Part shown: in pieces, positions 57,409 through 64,000 of the stretch
Layout of the letters: each line of letters opens with the position of its first letter
Numbering within the stretch: position 1 is the first letter of the stretch
NCBI GenBank assembly: GCA_028693085.1
Contig: JAQUWC010000002.1
Coordinates: 6,420 to 70,419 of the forward strand
DNA from: Bacteroidales bacterium
Lineage (GTDB): Bacteria > Bacteroidota > Bacteroidia > Bacteroidales > WCHB1-69
Reading direction: 5' to 3'
Length of the DNA: 64,000 nucleotides
Made by a program: the position numbers and the translations under genes
The notes under the pieces: generated by a model
What the model was told of the DNA's origin: nothing
What the model saw: only the letters and a program-made list of their open reading frames with translations
The model's database searches: none

Positions 57409-57557
57409 GGATATTTCCTTTCCGGATCTTTCTTATTGAATAACCGGACAAAGAGGAATTAAAAAAGAGTGAAGACTTTATATAGATTTTATATATTTTT
57501 GCATCACATTAAAAAAGCATACAATAAAATATAAGAAGTTTATTAGAAATTCAAGGC

Positions 57558-58670
57558 ATGAGAGCTGATCAAGTGGAAAGAAACATCTGTATACAAGATT
57601 ATAATACTTATACTTTTTATAGTACATCGGCAGAATGGTATGAGGATTTAATTCTTGATATACAAAAAGCTGTTTCATTTATTTACATTGAAACCTTTCG
57701 TATGATGAACGATATCATAGGCGAAAAGATATGCAATGCATTGATTGAAAAGGTGAAACAAGGCATACGAGTAAGGTTATTAGTCGATTGGTGGGGAACT
57801 AGGACTTCGAATGTACACATCAAAAACCTTTCGGAAGCCGGAGGTGAAGTACGTTACTTTCAGAAATTTGTATTTAGTATTGCATTGTTTTCCCGCAACC
57901 ATATGCGCGATCATCGCAAAATCGTAGTAATTGACAATGAAATTGCTTATATCGGGTCTGCCAATTTCAGCCATTATTCTACTCAATGGCGTGAGTCTAT
58001 ATTGAGAGTCAAAGGGAATGTAGCTGCTATATTGAAGAAAATATTTATGGACAATTATAAAATTTACAACAAAGATATTTTTCATCCCTGGGTTAAAAAG
58101 GCATTTAAGCGCACTATCCTTTTCGATAATTTTTACTTCATACGCGAAGTTCCTTCTGTACTTAGTCAACGTATTAAAAAGAATTATGTGCTTTTAATTC
58201 AAAGAGCAAAAAAGTCGATTATCATTGAGACTCCTTATTTTATTCCAGGTTATAGAATTTACAAAGAACTTATCAATGCCGCCAAAAGAGGGGTAAATGT
58301 CAAAATCATAGTGCCAAAATCATCCGATTTAAAAACCATTGACTACCTTCGTGATGCCATCTGGGATAAGCTATATAAAAAAGGTATACATATCTTTTTC
58401 TATACCAAAAGCAACCTACATTCTAAACTCATGCTTATTGATAATAAAACGTTTTCGATAGGTTCTGCAAATTTCGACCATCGTAGTTTTAAATATATGT
58501 TTGAAATTGCTATGATTAGCGATAATGTAAATGTAAAAACCCTTATTAAAAATCATATCGATGAAACCTTGAACAATACTATTGCATTCGATTTGAATGA
58601 GTGGAAAAAGCGTCCGTTTTTAAAAAGAATATTGGCTTTGTTGTTTATGCCTATACGTCATTTATTATAG
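57558..58670 (+). CDS. Phospholipase D family protein (soluble ClsB-like cardiolipin synthase)
   Basis: Two HKD motifs: HRKIVVIDNEIAYIGSANF and HSKLMLIDNKTFSIGSANF. Confidence 0.85.
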   Translation: MRADQVERNICIQDYNTYTFYSTSAEWYEDLILDIQKAVSFIYIETFRMMNDIIGEKICNALIEKVKQGIRVRLLVDWWGTRTSNVHIKNLSEAGGEVRYFQKFVFSIALFSRNHMRDHRKIVVIDNEIAYIGSANFSHYSTQWRESILRVKGNVAAILKKIFMDNYKIYNKDIFHPWVKKAFKRTILFDNFYFIREVPSVLSQRIKKNYVLLIQRAKKSIIIETPYFIPGYRIYKELINAAKRGVNVKIIVPKSSDLKTIDYLRDAIWDKLYKKGIHIFFYTKSNLHSKLMLIDNKTFSIGSANFDHRSFKYMFEIAMISDNVNVKTLIKNHIDETLNNTIAFDLNEWKKRPFLKRILALLFMPIRHLL

Positions 58671-58973
58671 ATAATAGGTAACCTAACAAGTAAACCAAAA
58701 GATAAAGTCAGCGGGGGTAAGATCGCAAGTAAAAAAAACAATTACGAAAAGAATTATGAATTGTCTTTCGTTCCGAAAAATTAAGAGGTTGCGTGATGTG
58801 TGAACCTCTGTGGTTCTTTGGTCTAAAACCTTGTAAACTACCTTTTTTCATTTTCAAGAATTTATGCGTTAGAAAATTCCGGGAGGCGTTATCTTGTTAG
58901 AGGGAATCAAATCCTATGGAAAATAATTTTTTTAATTCTACAAATTCTGTAATTCTGTTAAAAGAAAAAATAA

Positions 58974-58981
58974 TACCTTTG
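58974..58981 (+). promoter_or_regulatory. -7 promoter box (TACCTTTG) upstream of the giant histidine kinase gene
   Basis: TAnnTTTG match 126 nt upstream of the ATG at 59107, implying an unusually long leader. Confidence 0.3.
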
Positions 58982-59106
58982 CAAAACGAAATTATAGAGA
59001 TGAATGGGAACAATCAGAGAAAGAGGGTGCAAGATGTTGGAATAAGGAAAGAAACAATAAATAAAATCTATAATACATAGTCACCTAAGAATAATGCCCT
59101 TACAGT

Positions 59107-62100
59107 ATGCTTGCTAAACATAAATCCATATTATTTTTTGGATCAGCTTTTTTGGCGTTCGTTTTATGTATTTACATAACACATAATAACATAACAAAAA
59201 CAAAACCCGAAAAAGCTTGCGTTTATCTACAAAAAAAGTTTCTACAAAAAGAAAATCTACTACAAAACTACGTAGATTCCATTAACAAACAGGGCATAGA
59301 TAATATTAGCGATTTACTCCTATTCTGCCAAAAGCATAAAATTCATGAAAATGAATTTATCTTTTATATTTATCAAGATAGTGTACTAAAAGCATGGTCA
59401 TCCAATCAAATCAATCTCCCCAACATATTAACACAAAAACCTATAAGTCAGAATACATTTTCATTAGAAAGGGATTATGTGTATCATATTAAAGCTGAAG
59501 ATGACTCATTATGTATAATGGGTTTTTATATGATAAAGAAATGGAAAAACGATGACCGAAGTTTTTTATCCTTACATAATTTTACGCCTAACAGTTCTTC
59601 TCAGCAAATTGATGTCAGTGTAGATGAAGGAAAATATAATATTTTCAATAATAAAGGGTCCATTGCCTTTTCAATAATCTTCCCCGACGATATAGTTGTT
59701 CCCGATAACATTGCTTTTATAGAACTCATTGCATGGATTTTTGCTTTTTCGTTGTTTGTATTAGGCATATTCTGGCTGATGATGAGTATACCTCTTTTTG
59801 TAGAAAACAAAAACTTGATTTGGATTGTATTATGTTTTATTATAGCCATAATTACTAATTTTCTTAACATCCCTGCTTCTTTATATCATTCCAATTTATT
59901 CAGTTCTTTATACTATGCTTCTTTTTATTCTTCTTTAGGCATTTTGTTTATTCAATCTTATGCCATATTAATCATTGCTTTACTACTCAACCAATGCTTT
60001 ACTCTTCAACTCAAAAACATAAAAAACAGCCGGTTCAACTATTTTCTGGCATGTTTACTCATTATAATAGCATTTATTTTTTATATTTTAGTGTTTATTA
60101 TTCAACACAGTATTGCCAATGATTCAACTATAACCATAACCCCTATTTTGCTTTATAATTATAATGGATTGAGTATAATTATTATTGCTTCTATTTGTTC
60201 CTTGTATTGTGCTTTATTATTTGTTTTTCGAAAATTATTGGAGGAAAGTTATAAACTACTGGGATCGCTTCGTTCATTTATTTTCATCCTTAGCATTATC
60301 GTTTTATTTTTTATCATAATTACTACTCTATTTTATTTTTACAATTATGCTGTTCGGCCTAATTATTATATTTATCTAATTATATTTCTTTTGTTTGTTA
60401 TATTTATCGCCTTACATATTATATATCCCAAACATTTTTCCAGCGTTTTAACCCATACCCTTGCTTTTGCATTATTTAGTTTTACGGTATTTTTTATTAC
60501 TGAAAATGCCAATAATAAAAAAGTAGAACGTCACAAAGATGATTTTGCACAAAATCTTCTGTTAACAGAAGATCCCTTGATGCTATTCGACTTATGTGAG
60601 ATGGAAGATAATATTCGAAAAGATAATAAAGTATATTATTACCTGCGTAATGATAGCATTTCAAAAGACAGTATCATAAATTACATTCACAATCAATATT
60701 TGATCAAATACATCGATTCTTATCGAAAGAATATATCTTTAAGTATATTATCTACACCTAACGATAAAATCATATATGAAACTAAAAAGAAATTATTTAA
60801 TCAAGCAGATAAATTCTCAAACGACAAAAACATAGCTTTTTTTCAAGCAGGAATGGGCAAGTCAAACTATATGATTCATATCCCTATACCTTATTACAAA
60901 CAACAAACGATTGATACCGCCATATTGTTTATAGAAATGGAATCCTTATCGGATTATACCCGACCCCATATCAATAAAACAACCCATCGTATAGAATCTG
61001 AAATTGCGCAATTGTCGTATGCCGAATATATCAACGACACCCTAAAATCATACAAAGAATCCACTGCTCCTTATAAGCTTTTTCTAAGTGAATACAATTT
61101 AGATACTCTTTTTAATGGATTAGTGTTTTTTGCCGATGGATACAACCATACCATGTATTTAGACTCCCCCGATAAAGTTTTATTAATGTCAACGTATAAA
61201 GATTCATTATTCAAACAGCTGTCATCGGTATCTTTTATATTACTTATATTTTTATTTTATAGCATATTTCCTAATATGATGTTATTCTTTTTTGGAAAAA
61301 AACGGGTATACATTAGTTTTAAAGGGCAAATTCAACGGATGACCGTTTATTTATTATTAGGTTCTTCCATTGTAGGAGGAATATTATTTGCTCGCTATAC
61401 CATTGCCACGAATAAAACACAATTAACTAACCAATCCATTAATCGAATTAATACTGTGGATCAGGTCATATTATCTGCATTGGAAGATACCTCGATTTGT
61501 ATTGAAAATCTAAATATAGCCAATATAGCCCATTTGCAATATGATTATATAAATGACATCAATATATTTAATCTTAAAGGTGAACGCATCAATATTCATA
61601 AAAACAAAGCCACTTATCTACAAAGTAGATTTATGCGGATAGAGCCCCAAGCATTACAAGCCATAGGCGAAGAGAAAAACTCGTTGTTTATGCATGAGGC
61701 TATCATCGGTAACAATAAATATGTTATTTTATACAAACCCATGAGAGATCAAGTCGGCGAAATTATAGCCTATCTATCCTATTCGACAGTAACACGGCAA
61801 AATCGTATGGATTATCAGTTAACATCTTTCTTTTCTACTTTCTTAAGTTTATATGGATTATTTATTTTAATAGCGTTAGGTATTGGAAGTTTGGTTACTC
61901 AATACATATCTGCTTCTTTGACAGAAATATCAAAACGTTTAGCTAAAATTAAATTAAAATCTATCAATGAAAAAATTGAATGGAAGCGAGACGATGAAAT
62001 CGGAGCATTGATAGAAGAATACAACCGATTAATCGACGAATTGGAATTAAGTGCCGAGCTACTGGCTCATTCAGAACGGGAATCAACCTGGAAAAACATG

Positions 62101-62769
62101 GCCAAACAAGTGGCTCACGAAATAAAAAATCCATTAACTCCGATGAAAATAAGCACACAACAGCTGCAAAAGGAAATCATGGACGGAAAAATAAATATTG
62201 ACAAACTCAAAGCATATACCGGTATGCTGTTGGAGCAAATTGATATTTTAAATGACATAAGCTCCTCTTTCTCTTCCTACGCAAAAATGCATCATGGAGA
62301 AGGAACACAAGAAAACTTGACTCAAATTATTGAAAACTTACTAACGCTCCATGTCAATCAAAATAACTATGAAATTTCTTTTGTTAATAAAGTCACATCC
62401 AAGCATGCCTTTGTATTTATTAATAAAACACAATTGATTCGAGCACTAAATAATTTAATACGAAATGCCATCCAAGCATCAAAACCCAACGAAAAACAAA
62501 AAATCATCATTGAATTGACTGATTATGGGCAACAAATGTGGCAAATATTAGTTCAAGACTTTGGAATCGGTATGGATGCAAGCACTAAAAATTTAGCCTT
62601 TACCGCTCATTTTTCGACAAAAACAAGCGGAATGGGATTAGGATTAGTTATGGTTAAAAATATAATTACCGATTGGAACGGTAGTATTTCCTTAGAATCA
62701 GCCCCTAATATCGGGTCTACTTTCTCTATCCTTTTACCTAAAGCAAATCAGCAAAATATTTCAGTTTAG
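59107..62769 (+). CDS. 1220-aa polytopic sensor histidine kinase with an NtrY-like HAMP-HisKA-HATPase C-terminus
   Basis: At least 12 predicted TM segments interleaved with three extracytoplasmic-sized soluble regions. H-box AHEIKNPLTPM, N-box LIRNAIQAS, G-boxes DFGIGM and GMGLGL. There is no response regulator in the window. Confidence 0.85.
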   Translation: MLAKHKSILFFGSAFLAFVLCIYITHNNITKTKPEKACVYLQKKFLQKENLLQNYVDSINKQGIDNISDLLLFCQKHKIHENEFIFYIYQDSVLKAWSSNQINLPNILTQKPISQNTFSLERDYVYHIKAEDDSLCIMGFYMIKKWKNDDRSFLSLHNFTPNSSSQQIDVSVDEGKYNIFNNKGSIAFSIIFPDDIVVPDNIAFIELIAWIFAFSLFVLGIFWLMMSIPLFVENKNLIWIVLCFIIAIITNFLNIPASLYHSNLFSSLYYASFYSSLGILFIQSYAILIIALLLNQCFTLQLKNIKNSRFNYFLACLLIIIAFIFYILVFIIQHSIANDSTITITPILLYNYNGLSIIIIASICSLYCALLFVFRKLLEESYKLLGSLRSFIFILSIIVLFFIIITTLFYFYNYAVRPNYYIYLIIFLLFVIFIALHIIYPKHFSSVLTHTLAFALFSFTVFFITENANNKKVERHKDDFAQNLLLTEDPLMLFDLCEMEDNIRKDNKVYYYLRNDSISKDSIINYIHNQYLIKYIDSYRKNISLSILSTPNDKIIYETKKKLFNQADKFSNDKNIAFFQAGMGKSNYMIHIPIPYYKQQTIDTAILFIEMESLSDYTRPHINKTTHRIESEIAQLSYAEYINDTLKSYKESTAPYKLFLSEYNLDTLFNGLVFFADGYNHTMYLDSPDKVLLMSTYKDSLFKQLSSVSFILLIFLFYSIFPNMMLFFFGKKRVYISFKGQIQRMTVYLLLGSSIVGGILFARYTIATNKTQLTNQSINRINTVDQVILSALEDTSICIENLNIANIAHLQYDYINDINIFNLKGERINIHKNKATYLQSRFMRIEPQALQAIGEEKNSLFMHEAIIGNNKYVILYKPMRDQVGEIIAYLSYSTVTRQNRMDYQLTSFFSTFLSLYGLFILIALGIGSLVTQYISASLTEISKRLAKIKLKSINEKIEWKRDDEIGALIEEYNRLIDELELSAELLAHSERESTWKNMAKQVAHEIKNPLTPMKISTQQLQKEIMDGKINIDKLKAYTGMLLEQIDILNDISSSFSSYAKMHHGEGTQENLTQIIENLLTLHVNQNNYEISFVNKVTSKHAFVFINKTQLIRALNNLIRNAIQASKPNEKQKIIIELTDYGQQMWQILVQDFGIGMDASTKNLAFTAHFSTKTSGMGLGLVMVKNIITDWNGSISLESAPNIGSTFSILLPKANQQNISV

Positions 62770-64000
62770 TAAGCATGGAAATTTTCTATCTTTTTCCATA
62801 AATGCACACGATCAAATCCTCCTACATTATGACCATGAGTAGGATAAATAAAGTAATCCACTTGTTTTTGAGCTTTGATACTTTTATCAATAAATTGAAG
62901 GGTGTTTTGCCAAACAACGGTAGGGTCGAGTGCTCCATGAAATATCAACAATTTTCCTTCCAGACTATCAACATAATTTAACAAGGAAGCTTTTTTATAG
63001 CCGTCGGGATTTTCTTGGGGTGTATCCATATAACGTTCCCCATACATGACTTCATAATATTTCCAATCGATTACCGGACCTCCGCAACTGGCACGATTAA
63101 ACACTCCGGGATGTCTTAAAAACATCGACATCGTCATAAAACCGCCATAACTCCATCCATCTATTGAAAGACGATTGGTATCCACAAAATCTAAGGATTT
63201 TAAATAAGTAACTCCACACATTTGGTCTTCTACTTCTAGATCACCCAAACGACGATGAATGCAACTCTCGAACTCAAATCCGCGATAATTGGTGCCACGA
63301 TTATCCAAAGTGAAAACAATATAGCCTTTTTGTGCCATATAATGCAAAAACCATCCTCCCGATAACCATGAATTGGTTACCATTTGAGAATGCGGGCCTC
63401 CATATACATATATAAATACCGGATATGTTTTGGTGGAATCAAAAGCGGAAGGTAAAATCATACGACAATATAAATCATCCTTATTTTTGTTTTGTATTGT
63501 AAAGATGCTTGTTTGAGGCAAAGCATATTCATTCAAATGATTCTTATTAGGAAGTAATAAGGCTTTTTCTTTACCATATTTATCTTTAATTTTTATCTCA
63601 TTAGCAATCTGTAGGCTATTGTAAGCATCCAAAAAATACTTTCCATCGTAATCGGCGCTTACTTTATGAACTCCTAATTCTTGTGTAATACGTGTTATCT
63701 TTTGATTTTTAATTTGTAAACTATAAAAATGATTTCCCGTTATTTCATCCTTATTCGCATAGAAAAACATTGTCTTTCCCGATTTATCAAAACCGACAAT
63801 GTCTTTCACTTCCCAAGTTCCCCGAGTTAATTGCTTCATTAATTTACCGGAGATATCGTATAAATACATATGATTCCATCCGTCACGTCGACTTAACCAC
63901 ACAAATTGATTGGAATTGTCAGGGAGAAAAAATAAAGGATGACAGGGTTCCACATATCGAGAATTACTTTCTTCAAACAAAGTCTTCATAAAAGCACCTG
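62766..64000 (-). CDS. S9 family serine peptidase, dipeptidyl-peptidase IV-like; N-terminal part outside the window
   Basis: Catalytic GWSYGG (Ser), a C-terminal D...H region (HGALDPTV, YPTHGHNV), and a beta-propeller region upstream. The reading frame stays open to the window edge. Confidence 0.85.
   Translation of the reverse strand, partial: GAFMKTLFEESNSRYVEPCHPLFFLPDNSNQFVWLSRRDGWNHMYLYDISGKLMKQLTRGTWEVKDIVGFDKSGKTMFFYANKDEITGNHFYSLQIKNQKITRITQELGVHKVSADYDGKYFLDAYNSLQIANEIKIKDKYGKEKALLLPNKNHLNEYALPQTSIFTIQNKNKDDLYCRMILPSAFDSTKTYPVFIYVYGGPHSQMVTNSWLSGGWFLHYMAQKGYIVFTLDNRGTNYRGFEFESCIHRRLGDLEVEDQMCGVTYLKSLDFVDTNRLSIDGWSYGGFMTMSMFLRHPGVFNRASCGGPVIDWKYYEVMYGERYMDTPQENPDGYKKASLLNYVDSLEGKLLIFHGALDPTVVWQNTLQFIDKSIKAQKQVDYFIYPTHGHNVGGFDRVHLWKKIENFHAY

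Noticed and set aside
58940-58966. AATTCTACA / AATTCTGTA / ATTCTGTTA short tandem-like repeats
   Set aside because: There are only three imperfect copies in low-complexity AT-rich DNA, which is not enough to call a repeat element or binding-site array.
58999-59079. 26-codon ORF (MNGNNQRKRVQDVGIRKETINKIYNT) in the histidine kinase leader
   Set aside because: It is too short to evaluate without conservation or ribosome-profiling data, and such ORFs are expected by chance.

Overview
AT-rich chromosomal segment with Bacteroidota (probably Bacteroidales) hallmarks. These include TAnnTTTG promoter boxes 25-60 nt upstream of many start codons, a T9SS C-terminal sorting domain, a short 79-aa ATP synthase epsilon subunit, an ftsX-DUF3098-uppP block and a coaX...lptC block. 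I call about 54 protein-coding genes, most of them housekeeping: pepD, thiD/thiS, DAHP synthase/chorismate mutase, priA, dnaG, atpDC, queA, coaX, uppP, ftsX, mazG, an S41 peptidase and a PLD-type cardiolipin synthase. I saw no rRNA, tRNA, CRISPR array, transposase, integrase or obvious prophage. The one clearly accessory region is 2.9-11.6 kb. It holds an ArsR-controlled arsenic operon built around methylation (ArsM), an ArsP-type permease and an embedded thiol-disulfide relay, with no ArsB/Acr3 arsenite pump. Directly downstream is a second unit encoding a NifX-like/thioredoxin fusion, a MarR regulator and an 816-aa four-domain CoA-disulfide-reductase/rhodanese/TusA/DsrE protein. Pairing an arsenic-methylation unit with a persulfide-trafficking unit is my best candidate for an undescribed system, possibly thio-arsenical handling; this is inference only. 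Other items worth a look are listed here.
- A repeated palindromic operator flanking arsR.
- A 5'-truncated T9SS cargo gene.
- An orphan radical SAM enzyme.
- A ComEC with a degenerate nuclease domain next to a secreted EEP nuclease.
- A 1220-aa polytopic orphan histidine kinase.
- A 1168-aa uncharacterised outer-membrane protein.
- A GC-rich island in a 496-bp divergent intergenic region.
All protein calls rest on motif and family recognition by eye in the supplied translations. No database search, alignment or RNA folding was run.
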